NCBI RefSeq assembly: GCF_044704955.1
Contig: NC_091993.1
Location: 117,304,001-117,368,000 of the forward strand
Reading direction: 5' to 3'
Source of the DNA: Pristiophorus japonicus
Taxonomy: Eukaryota
Length of the DNA: 64,000 nt
Under the pieces are notes generated by a model. The model ran no database searches. It was not told where the DNA came from and saw nothing but the letters and a program-made list of their open reading frames with translations. The position numbers were made by a program, and so were the translations under genes. Shown here in pieces: positions 22,341 through 36,369 of this stretch (positions are counted from its first letter, which is position 1; each line of letters begins with the position of its first letter).

Positions 22341-25300
22341 GAGACGGGGGTGTGGAGAGANNNNNNNNNNNNNNNNNNNNNNNNNNNNNNNNNNNNNNNN
22401 NNNNNNNNNNNNNNNNNNNNNNNNNNNNNNNNNNNNNNNNNNNNNNNNNNNNNNNNNNNNNNNNNNNNNNNNNNNNNNNNNNNNNNNNNNNNNNNNNNNN
22501 NNNNNNNNNNNNNNNNNNNNNNNNNNNNNNNNNNNNNNNNNNNNNNNNNNNNNNNNNNNNNNNNNNNNNNNNNNNNNNNNNNNNNNNNNNNNNNNNNNNN
22601 NNNNNNNNNNNNNNNNNNNNNNNNNNNNNNNNNNNNNNNNNNNNNNNNNNNNNNNNNNNNNNNNNNNNNNNNNNNNNNNNNNNNNNNNNNNNNNNNNNNN
22701 NNNNNNNNNNNNNNGAGAAAGAGACGGAGGTGTGGGGAGAGAGAGAGAGAGACGGGGGTGTGGAGTGTCATGTATCTCACGTTACTGTACATGACTGTAT
22801 CTTACCATGCTATACATGACTGTAACTGGATATAACCTGTAACAATAAGCATACCTTACCACCAGGGGTGCACTTGCAGTAGACACTCCATACCTGTCCC
22901 ACTGAGGTATATAAAGGGAGGTCTCAGGCAAGTGCAGCACTGGAGAGCTGGAATTAAAGGTGCAGGTTCTGAGTGACCTTGACTTCAGCATGTGTCTCGT
23001 GTAAGTCAGTACATTAGAGTCAGGACTTAACAGTGGCGACGAGTTACGGGATCACAGAATCCACAGAATGGCTACCAACAGCTCAGATGAGAAATACAAT
23101 GCTGGAGACAATTGGGAGGACTTTATAGAAAGACTCCAGCAAAGCTTTGTGACCAAAGACTGGCTGGGCGACGATAAGGCAGACAAGAGAAGAGCCCATC
23201 TCTTGACCAGCTGTGGCTCGAAAACATACGCGTTAATGAAAGACCTACTGGCACCTGAGAAACCAGCAAGCAAGTCGTTTAAGGAGTTGAGCACACTGGT
23301 GAGAGACCACCTGAAGCCAGCGAGCAGCCTACACATGGCCAGATACAGGTTCTACAACTACAGACGCTGTGTGGGCCAAAGCATACCCGACTTTGTGGCG
23401 GAACTTCGGAGGCTGGCTAGTTCATGTGAGTTCCCTGATGAACTAAGGAGAGAAGTACTGAGAGACTTTTTTATTGAAGGAATAGGCTACGCAGGCATAT
23501 TCCGAAAGCTTATAGAGACTAAGAACTTGTCTTTAGAGGCAGCAGCACTGGTCGCACAGACGTTCTTGGCAGGCGAAGAAGAAACGAGGCTGATCTATAC
23601 TTCGGGTACGACAATCAACGAGGCATCGGAACAAGGGGTTCACATTGTGAAACAAACCGCTACCCCCACACACAGACAAAGGAAGAACAGCAGGCAGTGG
23701 TGCCAGAAGCCATCAAAATCAAGGGCCACATAAACGGCCGATCAACCCACAATGCGAGCAATCAACAACAGATTGAGAGAAGCTCAAGGGAGATCACCCA
23801 GACACAGCTCATCCTTCGGAAACAATGGAAACGGTCTGTATTGGAGATGTGAGGGAAGGCACTCAACCAGGGTGTGTCGATTTCAGCATGCCATTTGCAG
23901 AAACTGCAACTACACAGGTCATCTGGCTCGCATGTACAGAAAAACAACAGCTCGGCTGGTATACGAATCGGAAGGGTCGGAAAGCGGACCAGAAGACGGT
24001 TGGAACAGTGCACGGGACGCCGAGGCACAGCGGGTTAACACGATCAATGTCCACTGTTCTTACACCAAGACGCCTCCAATTATGATGAGGGTTCTACTCA
24101 ACGGAATATCCGTCGACATGGAACTGGACACGGGGGCCAGTCAATCCCTCATGAGCGTTCAACAATTTGAACAACTGTGGCCGCACAAAAGCAACAGACT
24201 AAAACTCACAAAGATCAACACCAAACTAAGGACCTATACAAAAGAAATCGTCCCAGTCCTTGGCAGCACCATGCTCTCGGTCACACACAAAGGGATGGTG
24301 AACCGACTTTCCCTGTGGATTGTCCCCGGGGATCTCCCAGCCCTGTTGGGGAGAAGTTGGCTAGCAGAACTTAATTGGAAATGGGATGATGTTCACACCA
24401 TGTCGTCAGAGGAACGGACCTCCTGCTCAACAGTTCTAAGCTGTTTTGAGCATCTCTTTCAGCCAGGTGTGGGCACCTTCAAAGGGGCTAAAGTTAGAAG
24501 CTACATCACACAGAATGCCAGACCGGTCCATCACAAGGCTAGAGCTGTGCCTTATGTGATGAGGGAAAAGATTGAAAATGAACTGGACCGGCCTCTGCGG
24601 GAAGGCATAATTTGTCCCATGGGATTCAGCAACTGGGCAAGCCCCATCGTCCCTGTCATGAAGCCTGATGGATCCGTGCGAATCTGTGGGGATTACAAAT
24701 CTACCAATAAACAGAGTCTCCCGACAGGACCAATACCCGCTGCCCAGAGAGGAGGACCTATTTGCCACGTTGGCTGGAGGAAAACTTTTCTCGAAACTTG
24801 ACCTCACATCTGCGTATATGACGCAAGAACTGACCGAAGAATCTAAGCTACTCACCACCATCAACACACATCGAGGCCTTTTTGTGTACAATCTGTGTCC
24901 ATTCGGCATCAGGTCGGCAGCTGCTATATTCCAGCGCAACATGGAGAGTCTGCTCAAGTCCATCCCGGGGACGGTTGTGTTTCAAAATGACATACTCATC
25001 ATGGGCAGGGACACCGACTCTCATCTCCGCAATCTTGAGGAAGTACTAAGTCGATTGGATTGGGTAGGCCTAAGAGTTAAGAAATCCAAGTGTCTGTTTC
25101 TCGTGCCTGAGGTTGAATTTTTGGGCAGAAGGATTGCCGCTGATGGAATCCGCCCAACCGAATCCAAAACCGAAGCGATTCGCCTGGCACCCAGGCCCCG
25201 GAATGTCTCGGAACTGCGCGCGTTTCTCGGGCTACTCAATTACTTTGGGAACTTTATGCAGAACTTGAGCACGCTGCTGGAGCCTCTCTACATGCCACTC

Positions 25301-27203
25301 AGAAAGGGGCGCGATTGGTTTTGGGGGGACGCCCAAGAACGTGCCTTCAATAAGGCACGCAAACTTCTATTTTCCAAGAGTGTTTTAGCCTTTTTTGAAA
25401 AGGTAAAAAGTTAGTCCTTACGTGTGATGCGTCAGCGTACGGGGTCGGGTGCGTTTTACAGCACGTCAATGATGCGGGTAAATTGCAGCCCGTTGCTTAT
25501 GCCTCCAGGTCACTTTCGCGGGCGGAGCGCGGGTACGGTATGGTTGAGAAGGAGGCGCTCGCGTGCGTGTACGGTGTCAAAAAAATGCACCAATGCCTTT
25601 TCGGGGCCAAGTTTGCATTAGAAACTGACCACAAACCCCTCACGTCCCTACTATCTGAGTGCAAGGCAATCAACGCCAACGCCTTCAGCGCATTCAGCGG
25701 TGGGCACTGGCGGCTTACGACTACACGATAAGGCACAGACCAGGCACAGACAACTGTGCCGACGCGCTTAGCAGGCTACCCCTGGCGACAACAGAAAGGT
25801 CGAACAGGACTGAGAGATGGTCATGGCAATCAATGCCTTTGAATCCACAGGTTCGCCCATGACGGCTCGCCAAATCAGAGCCTGGACGACCAGCGACCCC
25901 CCGTTATCTCTAGTTAAAAGATGCGTTTGAACCGGTGACTGGGCAGAGGCTTGCGATGCCTGCCCCGAGGAGGTCAAACCCTTTCATAGGCGCATGCATG
26001 AACTCTCACTACAGGCAGACTACCTGATGTGGGGCAGCCGAGTAGTTATGCCCTTACGAGGCAGGGAGGCATTTGTCCGGGAGCTCCATTGCGAGCACCC
26101 GGGGATCGTCCTTATGAAGGCCATAGCCAGATCTCATGTCTGGTGGCCTAGCATTGACACGGACTTGGAGCTCTGCGTCCGTCGGTGCACCATTTTGTGC
26201 CCAACTCAGTAATGCCCCCAGGGAGGCCCCCCTAAGCCCCTGGCTCACCAAACTGTGGTTGCGGGTGCATATAGACTATGCGGGCCCATTCATGGGCAAA
26301 ATGTTCCTTGTAGTCGTTGATGCATTTTCAAAATGGATCGAGTGCACCATTTTAAACTCAAGTACCACCTCCACCACTGTGGAGAGCCTTAGAACCATGT
26401 TTGCAACGCACAGCATTCCTGACATATTGGTCAGTGATAATGGTCCGTGCTTCACCAGCGCAGAATTTCACGATTTTACAGTTGACCACGGTATAAATCA
26501 CGTTAAGACGGCACCTTTCAAGCCGGCCTCCAATGGCCAGGCGGAGCGAGCAGTGCAGATCATTAAACAAGGCATGCTCAGAATCCAAGGTCCTGCGCTG
26601 CAGAGCCGCCTGTCGCGACTGCTGCTGGCATACAGATCTCGTCTGCATTCGTTGACTGGAGTTCCCCCGGCGCAACTATTGATGAAATGAACCTTAAAGA
26701 CCAGGCTCTCATTAATCCTCCCAGACATGCATGAAATTATTGAGGCTAAGCGTCAAAAGCTAATTGAGCACCATGACCGAAATTCGAGGGGGAGGTGGAA
26801 TGAGATAGGGGACAAAGTGTTTGTGCTAAACTATGGCCGGGGTCCCAAATGGCTTGCAGGGACAGTAACAGACAAAGAGGGAAACAGGCTACTGGTTGTA
26901 CAAATGGACAATGGCCAAACCTGCTGGAGGCATGTAGACCAAGTAAAAAGTAGATTCACTGATAACACTGAAGAACCAGAGGCAGACTACAATGTGGAAC
27001 TCACACCACACCTGGTGGACAGACAGGTGGAACAACCTGAGGAAAGGGCAGTCTCAACAGACAGCCCAGGCGAGATACCAGCAATCACACCGAACGAAAC
27101 ACAGGCACCAAGGCAAACAACTGAACCACACGAGAGCGCAGACCACCTGAGAGACTGAATCTATAAAGGCAATAAGACTTTGGGGGAGGGTGATGTATTT
27201 CAC

Positions 27204-27418
27204 CCAATTCACTAAATATATATTGTTGAGGCCAATTCACTAAATATATTCAAAAAGGAGTTAGATGAGGTCCTTACTGCTAGGGGGATCAAGGGGTATG
27301 GCGAGAAAGCAGGAATGGGGTACTGAAGTTGAATGTTCAGCCATGAACTCATTGAATGGCGGTGCAGGCTAGAAGGGCCGAATGGCCTACTCCTGCACCT
27401 ATTTTCTATGTTTCTATG
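27204..27418 (+). mobile_element. CR1 3' fragment inside the 3' LTR
   Basis: CR1 3' UTR with (tttctatg)n tail; tttcac duplicated. Confidence 0.8.
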
Positions 27419-27555
27419 TTTCACATTACTGTATATAACTGTATCTTACCATGCTATACATGACTGTAACTGGATATGACCTGTAACAATAAGCATACCT
27501 TACCACCAGGGGTGCACTTGCAGGAGACACTCCATACCTGTCCCACTGAGGTATA

Positions 27556-27937
27556 TAGAAACATAGAAAATAGGTGCAGGAGCAGGCCATTCAGCCCTTC
27601 TAGCCTGCACCGCCATTCAATGAGTTCATGGCTGAACATGAAACTTCAGTACCCCCTTCCTGCTTTCTCGCCATAACCCTTGATCCCCCGAGTAGTAAGG
27701 ACTTCATCTAACTCCCTTTTGAATATATTTAGTGAATTGGCCTCAACTACTTTCTGTGGTAGAGAATTCCACAGGTTCACCACTCTCTGGGTGAAGAAGT
27801 TTCTCCTCATCTCGGTCCTAAATGGCTTACCCCTTATCCTCAGACTGTGACCCCTGGTTCTGGACCTCCCCAACATTGGGAACATTCTTTCTGCATCTAA
27901 CCTGTCTAAACCCGTCAGAATTTTAAACGTTTCTATG
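27556..27937 (-). mobile_element. CR1 3' fragment inserted at the LTR TATA box
   Basis: ORF 27646-27885 is the CR1 C-terminus; splits gaggtatat|aagggagg of the LTR. Confidence 0.85.
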
Positions 27938-28353
27938 TTTAAGGGAGGTCTCAGGCAAGTGCAGCACTGGAGAGCTGTGAATTAAAGGTGCAGGTCCTGA
28001 GTGACCATGACTTCAGCATGTGTCTCGTGTAAGTCAGTACATTAGAGTCAGGACTTAACATGGAGAGAGAGAGAGACGAGGGTATGGAGAAAGAGAGAGA
28101 GACGGGGGTGTGGAGAAAGAGAGAGAGACGGGGTGTGGAGAGAGAGAGACGGGGGTGTGGAGAGAGAGAGAGAGACGAGGGGTGTGGAGAGAGAGCGAGA
28201 CGAGGGGTGTGGAGAGAGAGAGAGAGAGAGACGAGGGGTGTGGAGAGAGTGAGAGAGAGACGAGGGGTGTGGAGAGAGAGAGAGACGAGGGGTGTGGTGA
28301 GAGAGAGATGAGGGGTGTGGAGAGAGAGATGGGGGGTTAGAAAGAGAGACGGG

Positions 28354-28386
<33 letters not shown>

Positions 28387-29812
28387 AGAGACGGGTGGGG
28401 GGGGGGAAGAGTGAGAGAGATGGGGGGAGGAAGAGAGTGTCAGGGGAGAGAGAACAACGGAGGGGTGGAGAGAGAGACGGGGGGAGAAGAGAGAGGGGTG
28501 AGAGAAAGAGAGGCAGGGATGAAGAGGAAGAGAGAGAGACTGGGGGGTAGAGAGAGAGAGAGAAAGACTGAGATTGGAGGGGAAGAGAGAGAGGGAGAGA
28601 GAGAGAGAGAGAGAGAGACTTAGGGGAAAGAGAGCGGGAGAGACAGTGGGGGAAGAGAGAGAGAGAGAGAGAGAGACAGACGGGGAGAGAGAGCGCGGGA
28701 TGGGAGGTGGGAAGAGAGAGAGATGGGGGGAGAGAGTTGCGAGGTGGGGAGAGAGAGACGTAGGGGGGGGAAGGGTGTTGGGGAGAGAGTCAGTGGGGGA
28801 AGAGAGCGAGAGAGAGAGCCAGAGAGGGGAGGGGGAAAGAGAGAGAGAGATGGGGGGCGGGGGGAAAGAGAGAGAGAGGGTGGGAAGAGAGAGAGAGAGA
28901 GAGCGAGACACACACACAAACAGGGGCGGGGGGGAGAGGGGGGGAAGAGAGATAGCGTGACATGGGGTGAGTGAGTGAGACGTGGGAGACCAGTTGTGGC
29001 GTGAGAGGGGCAGAGAAACGGGAGGGGAGGGAAAGAGAGAGACAGGGGTGGGAGGGAGAGAGTGTGACACCGGGGGAGAGTGAGAGAGACATGGGGGAGG
29101 AAGAGGGATACCGGGGGTGGGGGGGTTGGGAGAGAGAGACGTGGGGAGAAAGAGGGAGACACACATGGGAGGCGGGGGGGGGGGTGCGGGGAGAAGAGAG
29201 AGAGAGAGAGAGAGAGAGATGGGAGGGGGGGTAGAGAGAGCAATACCTGCAAGGGGGGGGCATGACGGGGGGGGAGGGAGAGGGGTGGGGGGGGGGAAGA
29301 GAGAGGGTGAGATGGGGGGGTAGTGGGGGGGAGATAGAGTGAGGCGAGGGGGAAAGAGAGGAAAGAAGGGGTGGGCAAGAGAGACAGAGGGGTGGGGAAG
29401 AGAGAGAGAGATACTGTTGGGGCGAGAGAGAGAGACGGGGAGGTGGGGGGAGGGGGGTGAGACAAAGAGAGACCGAGATGGGGAGGGGAGGGGGGAAAAT
29501 ACATGAGAGGAGGAGGTGAGAGAGAGATGAGGGAGAGGGGCAGGGGAAAGAGAGAGCCAAGGGAGAGAGAGATACTGGGGGCAGAGGGAGGGAGAGAGAG
29601 ATGGCGGGTTGTGGGGGGGGGGCATGAGAGAGAGACACATGGGGTGACAGAGACTAGGTGGGGAGAGAGAGAGAGAGAGAGAAAGAGATGGGAAGGTGTG
29701 GGGTGTGTAGCTGAGAGAGAGGAGAAGGAGAAGGGGTGAGAGAGGGAGAGAGACGGGGGTGCAGAGACAGAGATGGGGAGGAGAGTGAGATACTGGGGGG
29801 AGCGAGACAAGG

Positions 29813-29849
<37 letters not shown>

Positions 29850-29878
29850 TGGAGATGGGAGAGGGAGAGAATGGGGAT

Positions 29879-29918
<40 letters not shown>

Positions 29919-30597
29919 CAGGGTGGAGAGAGGAGGGGGACGGAGCGAGAGAGAGAAGTGGTGGATGAGAGAGAGAGAGACAAGGGTGAGAGAGAGAGAG
30001 AGAGAGACAGGGTGGGTGGGCGGGGGAGAGAGGGAAAGCTGCGAAGAAGTGAAGAGAGACAGACGGGGTGTTGAGATATAGACTGGGGAGAGAGAGTGAA
30101 AGAGAGATGGGGGAGATAGAGAGGAGAAGGGGCGAGAGAGAGAGAGAGAGGGAGGAGGGGGAGAGAGAGATGCGCAGGGGTGGAGAGAGATGAGAGGAGG
30201 GCAGAGACAGACTGGGTGCAGTAGAGAGACGGGGGGGAAGAGAGAGAGAAGGGGAAGAGAGAGAAAGAGAGAGAGAGAGAGAGATGCAGAGAGAGAGAGA
30301 TGGGGAAGAGAGAGAGTGAGAGACGGTTGGGGGGGAGTGAGAGAGGGGGGAAAGATGGAGTGAAGAGAGGGGGAGAGAGAGAAGGGGGAAGAGAGAGGAG
30401 AGGAGAAAGAGATGGGGAGAGAGAGAGAGAGAGAGAGATTGAGGGGGGGGAAGAGTGAGACACGGGTGGAGAGAGAGAGAGAGAGAGAGGAGGGGGGAGA
30501 TGATGGGGCGGAGAGAGAGGTGGGGGGGGAAGAGAGGAGACGCTTGGGGAGAGAGAGCGAGAGAGAGAGAGAGAAAGGGGGGGTGGAGAAAGAGTAC

Positions 30598-33500
30598 TGT
30601 TGTGTATGTATGATATAAGTATACGCCCTGTACACTCAATGTACAGTTACATCAGACTACTGGAGGTACCTTCACACTGTATACACTATGCTTGTACCAC
30701 CAGAGGGTGCAACTGGTGGAGACCTTGGGGTCACCTGCACACAACAGGTAACCAGGTATAAAAGAGAGCTCACCATGCTGTACCCTCACTCAGGAGCTGC
30801 AATAAATGGACTAAGGTCACAAAAGTTCAAGTTCAGAAGGATGAGGGGTGATCTTATAGAAACATTTAAAATAATGAAAGGGATAGACAAGACAGAGGCA
30901 GAGAGGTTGTTTCCACTGGTCGGGGAGACTAGAACTAGGGGGCACAGCCTCAAAATATGGGGGAGCCAATTTAAAACCGAGTTGAGAAGGAATTTCTTCT
31001 CCCAGAGGGTTGTGAATCTGTGGAATTCTCTTCCAGGGAAGCAGTTGAGGCTAGCTCATTGAATGTATTCAAATCACGGATAGATAAATTTTTAACCAAT
31101 AAGGGAGTTAAGGGGTACGGGGAGCGGGCGGGTAAGTAGAGCTGAGTCCACGGCCAGATCAGCCATGATCTTGTTGAATGGCGGAGCAGGCTCGAGGGGC
31201 TAGATGGCCTACTCCTGTTCCTAATTCTTATGTTCTTATGTTCTTATGTACGATGCCGGGTTCTACATGTACGCTGCTAAAAACAAGGGCAACCTCCCGT
31301 AAGAAGCACCCAGGTCCAGTGGGCTACCCGACTATGTAGCCGGTGCCTCCGGGGCCAATGTGATGCCCCAGGGAACGTGGTCACACACAGAGGGAGCATA
31401 CCAGCTGCAGGGCCAGCGATCAGCGGACGGCAAAGGCACCACTACCGGTACCCTGCCCCTGATCGGCTCTACCTCTCTGGTCACCAGGGCCAGTACCGGA
31501 AGCAAGAGTCTAGCACTCTCCAGCTCTCCCAACAGGACTTGGGATGACCAGGCTCCCACTATCGCTGAAGGGCAGCAGGGAGACACCGCAGCCCTGAAAA
31601 GGAGGACAGGGAGGCCACACTCTCCTGTGGCTCAGCCCACCACCAGGCAACGGCAAAGACCCTGAGACTCAGCCAGGTGAGCAATCCGAGCCCACCCAGC
31701 TGGCAGGGGGGCGCAGCACCATCAGACAACCTGGACACAGTCCGGTCACTCTGGAACTAGCGTCCTCACCCACCTGCACCTACACAACCCAGGGGCAAGA
31801 CTGATACCACGTATGTACCTTACCTGTAAAATGTACTTGTTCCACTACTGCAGAACCCAACCAGTGATGTAATTAATCCCATATTTTTTTTGTTCTTTCT
31901 TTTTGTTCATGTATGCACATGCAGGTGTTGAGTCACACACATGGTCTATGTATGGGGCGGGGAAATGGATGTATGTAGCCATGGACACAAATGGATCACA
32001 CCCAGAACCCACTCAACCTCCACTGCAATCTCAAATAGTCCACTGCTGACCATTTCCCAGTGTTGTGGCATAGAAACATAGAGAATAGGTGCAGGAGTAG
32101 GCCATTCAGCCCTTCAAGCCTGCACCACCATTCAATAAGATCATGGCTGATCATTCACCTCAGTAACCCTTTCCTGCTTTCTCTCCATATCCCTTGCTCC
32201 CTTTAGCCGGAAGGGCCATATCTAACTCCCTCTTGAATATATCCAATGAACTGGCATCAACAACTCTCTGTGGTAGGGAATTCTACAGGTTAACAACTCT
32301 CTGAGTGAAGCAGTTTCTCCTCATATCAGTCCTAAATGGCTTACCCCTTATCCTTAGACTAGGTCCCCTGGTTCTGGACTTCCCCAACATCGGGAACATC
32401 CTCCTGCATCGAACCTGTCCAGTCCCGTCAGAATCTCGTCCCGTCAGAATCTTACATGTTTCTATGAGATCACCTCTCATCCTTCTAAACTTCAGTGAAT
32501 ACAGGCCCAGTCAATCCAGTCTCTCCTCATATGTCAATCCTGCCATCCCGGGAATCAGTCTGGTGAACCTTCACTGCAGTCCCTCAATAGCAAGAACGCC
32601 CTTCCTCAAATTAGTAGACCAAAACTGAATCCAATATTCCAGGTGAGGCCTCACTAAGGCCCTGTACAGCTGCAGTAACACCTCCCTACTCCTATACTCA
32701 AATCCCCTAGCTATGAAGGCCAACATACCATTTGCCTTCTTCACTGCCTGCTGTACCTGCATGCCAACTTTCAATGACTGATGTACCATGAAACCCAGGG
32801 CTCATTGCACCTCCCCTTTTCCTAATCTTGCGCCATGCAGATAATATTCTGCCTTCATGTTTTTGCCCCCAAAGTGGATAACCTCACATTTATCCACATT
32901 ATACTGCCTCTGCCATGCGTTTGCCCACTCATCTAATCTGTCCAAGTCACCCTGCAGCCTCTTAGCATTCTCCTCACAGCTCACATCGCCACCCAGCTTA
33001 GTGTCATCTGCAAACTTGGAGATATTACACTTAATTCCTTCATCTAAATCATTAATGTATATTGTAAATAGCTGGGGTCCCAACACTGAGCCCTGCGGCA
33101 CCCCACTAGTCACTGCCGGTCAATGAAAAGGACCCATTTATCCTGACTCTCTACTTGTTGTCTGGCAACCAATTCTGTATTCACATCAGTACATTACCCC
33201 CAATACCATGTGCAATAAGGACTTGGGTAAGTGAACAGGGAGAGCGCCAAGTCAAAGCATAGACAAGATGCAAGGGTTTTGGGCACTCAAATCTAGGGCC
33301 AGAGCACATAATGCAAAGACCAGTGTCACAAAACTTAGGGGAGAGTGATGTTGTGTATGTATAATATAAGTATACTCCCTGTACACTCAATGTATAGTTA
33401 CATCAGACTACTGGATATATCTTCACACCGTATACACTATGCTTGTACCACCAGAGGGTACAACTGGTGGAAACCTTGGGGTCACCTGTACACAACAGGT

Positions 33501-33634
33501 AACCAGGTATAAAACCCGAGCTCACCATGCTGTACCCTCACTCAGGAGCTGCAATAAATGGACTAAGGTCACAAAAGTTCAAGTACAATACCTCACCTCG
33601 TGGAGTCATTACTAGAGTGCTTACAGACACAACA
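30598..33634 (+). mobile_element. LTR element lacking gag-pol (5' LTR truncated at about 30831; 3' LTR 33349-33634)
   Basis: Matching LTRs, PPT aggggagagtga, TSD agtac/agtat; contains CR1 pieces at about 30832-31248 (+) and 32071-33214 (-). Confidence 0.85.
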
Positions 33635-34410
33635 AGTATGAAGTGAGGGGGGGAGGAGAGAGTGAGAGGAGGGGGGGGTGGGGGAAGGAGAGAAGCAAAG
33701 GGGGGAAAGAGAGGAGAAGGCGGGAAGAGAGAGCGAGACGAGGGTGGGGGAGAGAGAGAGAGAGAGAGGGAATGAGAGAGAGAGAGGGAAACATATAAGG
33801 GGGGAGGGAATAAGAGCGAGAGAGAGACAAGTGGGGAGAGAGAGATGGGGGCAGAGAGAGAGAGAGAGAGAGAGAAAAAGAGGGAGAAGGGGGGAAGGAG
33901 TGAGAGAGAGACATGGAGAGAGAGATCGATATGTGTGCTGGGGGCATTGGGGAGAGAGAGCACGCGACGGGGGCGGGGGTGAGAGAGATGGATGGAAAGA
34001 AAAAGAGATGGGGGAGGGCGGAGAGAGAGAGAGAGAGAGAGATAGGGGGAAAGAGAGAGTGAGACGGGGGAGAGTGAGAGAGCAGAAAGGGGGCAAAGAG
34101 AGAAGAGAAGGGGGGGAAGAGGGAGAGAGGAGAGGGCGGGAAGAGAGAGAAAGACAGAGGTGGGGAGAGCGAGAGAGAGAGAGAGAGAGGATGAGGTAGA
34201 GAGATAAGGTGAGTGGAGAGAGAAAGAGAGAGAGAGAGAGAGAGGCACTTGGGGAGAGAGAGAGAGACGGGGAGAGAGATCGAGACAGGTGTCGGTGGGG
34301 CGGGGGAAAGAGAGAGAGTGCGATGGGTGGGGAGAGAATGACAGGGGCGGGGGGGGGCGGGAGGGAGAGAGACAGGTAGAAAGAAAGAGACGGGGGGGAG
34401 GGGGGGGCAG

Positions 34411-34657
34411 TGTCATGTATTTAACTGTCATTGGAACCCATGTATAAACTGACCTAAGTTGTATACCATTAGAACATTGACCACTAGGTGGTGAACTTGT
34501 GAGAGACACTCTGAAGCTGGACTTGCAGGTATAAAAGGGGAAGCTCCATCCACCTTCATCACTTCAGTGCTGGCAAATAAAAGTTACTGGTCACAGAATG
34601 ACCTTCTCTCAAGTATGGGCCTCGTGTGCATTTATACTGTGTGGTAAGGACATATTA
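34411..34657 (+). mobile_element. solo LTR (Gypsy)
   Basis: tgtcatgtat start, ggtgaacttgt..gagacact core, tataaaa, aataaa. Confidence 0.75.
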
Positions 34658-35373
34658 GGGGGCAAGAGAGAGACGGCGGGGGAGATAAGAAAAAGAGAGA
34701 GAGAGAGAGGGAGGGTGGTAAGAAAGAGAGAGAGAGAGACTGGGAATAGAGAGAGAGAGGGAAGAGAGGGGAGATGGGGGAAGAGGGAGGAGGGGGGAGA
34801 GAGAGGGGTAGAGAGAGGCGGGGAGTGGGGGAGAGAGCTGAATGGTGGCGGGGAGAGAGATTGGGGGGGAAGAGAGATAGGGGGAGAGAGACTGTGGGCA
34901 GACAGAGAGAGAGAGAGAGAGAGACGGGGGTGGAAGTGAGTGAGAAAGAGAGAGAGAGAGACACGGGATGGGGGGGGGATTTGAGTACAAGGGGGGCTGG
35001 AGAGTGATGGGGGGGGGCAGAGACAGAGATGGGTGGAGTGGAAAGAAAGAGGGGGAGAGAGAGATGAGTTGGGGGGGTGAGAGAGAGTCGGAAGAGAGAG
35101 AGTAAGATGGGGGCAGGAGAGAGAAATAGGGGGGCAGAGATAGGAGAGGGCGGAGAGAGAGAGAGAGAGAAAGAGAGAGACTGTGGGTGCGGAAGGGAGA
35201 AATGAGAGGCGGGGGGTAGAGAGAATTGAGTGGAGTGGAGAGAGACACTGGGGCAGCGAAAGATAGAGACGAGAAAGGGAGCAGGGTGGTGTTGAGATAA
35301 GAGACTGAGACGGGGAGGGGCGGGGGTGTTGCGTTAGAGATAGATGTGGGAGGTGGGGGGGGAGTGGGGCGGT

Positions 35374-35785
35374 GCTAACTAGCAGAAAACAGAGAGTCGG
35401 GATAAATGGTTCATTCTCTGGTTGGCAATCAGTAACTAGTGGGGTGCCGCAGGGATCAGTGCTGGGACCCCAACTATTTACAATCTATATTAATGACTTG
35501 AGTGTAATGTAGCCAAGTTTGCCGATGCTACAAAGATGGGAGGAAAAGTAATGTGTGAGGAGGACACAAAAAAACCTGCAAAAAGACATAGACAGGCTAA
35601 GTGAGTGGGCAAAAATTTGGCAGATGGAGTATAATGTTGGAAAGTGTGAGGTTATGCACTTTGGCAGAAAAAAATCGAAAGAGCAAATTATTATTTAAAT
35701 GGAGAAAAATTGCAAAGTGCTGCAGTACAGCGGGAACTGGGAATCCTACTGCATGAAACACAAAAGATTAGTATGCAGGTACAGA
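35374..35785 (+). mobile_element. internal CR1 RT fragment
   Basis: [10 protein letters not shown] and KFAD motifs; similar to 17645-18060. Confidence 0.8.
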
Positions 35786-36233
35786 GAAACGAGGGGAAAA
35801 CAGAGAGAGACACGGGGTGGAGGGAGAGACTGGGGGGGGAAGAGAAAGAGAGACACATGGGGTGGAGAGAGATNNNNNNNNNNNNNNNNNNNNNNNNNNN
35901 NNNNNNNNNNNNNNNNNNNNNNNNNNNNNNNNNNNNNNNNNNNNNNNNNNNNNNNNNNNNNNNNNNNNNNNNNNNNNNNNNNNNNNNNNNNNNNNNNNNN
36001 NNNNNNNNNNNNNNNNNNNNNNNNNNNNNNNAGGAGAGCAAGAGAGACAGGGGGCAGAGATAGGAGAGGGCAGAGAGCGAGAGATTGGGGGCCAGGGGAG
36101 AGAGTGAGAAGAGAGAGGGGGGAGAGAGAGAGCGAGAGAGAGATGTGGGGGGAGAGAGAGAGCGTGATGGGTGGAAAAGAGGGGGAGAGCGGGTAGAGAG
36201 AGAGAGATGGGAAGGAGAGGGGACACAGGGGGA

Positions 36234-36264
<31 letters not shown>

Positions 36265-36369
36265 GGGGAACAGAGAGACTGGGATAAAGAAAAGAGAGAG
36301 AGACACGGGTGGGAGAGAGAGGGAGAAGGGTGGGAAGAGAAAGACTGGGGCATGGATAGGAGAGAGAGA

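Larger units (their letters stand above)
22766..28060 (+). mobile_element. full-length degenerate Ty3/Gypsy (Mag-like) LTR retrotransposon
   Basis: 5' LTR 22766-23032; PBS tggcgacgag; gag from 23068; protease ELDTGAS; RT; RNase H ETDHKPL; integrase SDNGP/SNGQAER; PPT about 27182-27193; TSD tggag at both ends. Confidence 0.95.

Noticed and set aside
28048-30639. 863-aa and 671-aa Leu/Ser/Pro ORFs (also 50747-53759, 38342-39617, 56574-58249 and the Arg/Glu ORFs on +)
   Set aside because: Translations of (TC)n/(GA)n low-complexity DNA, open in several frames and often running through Ns
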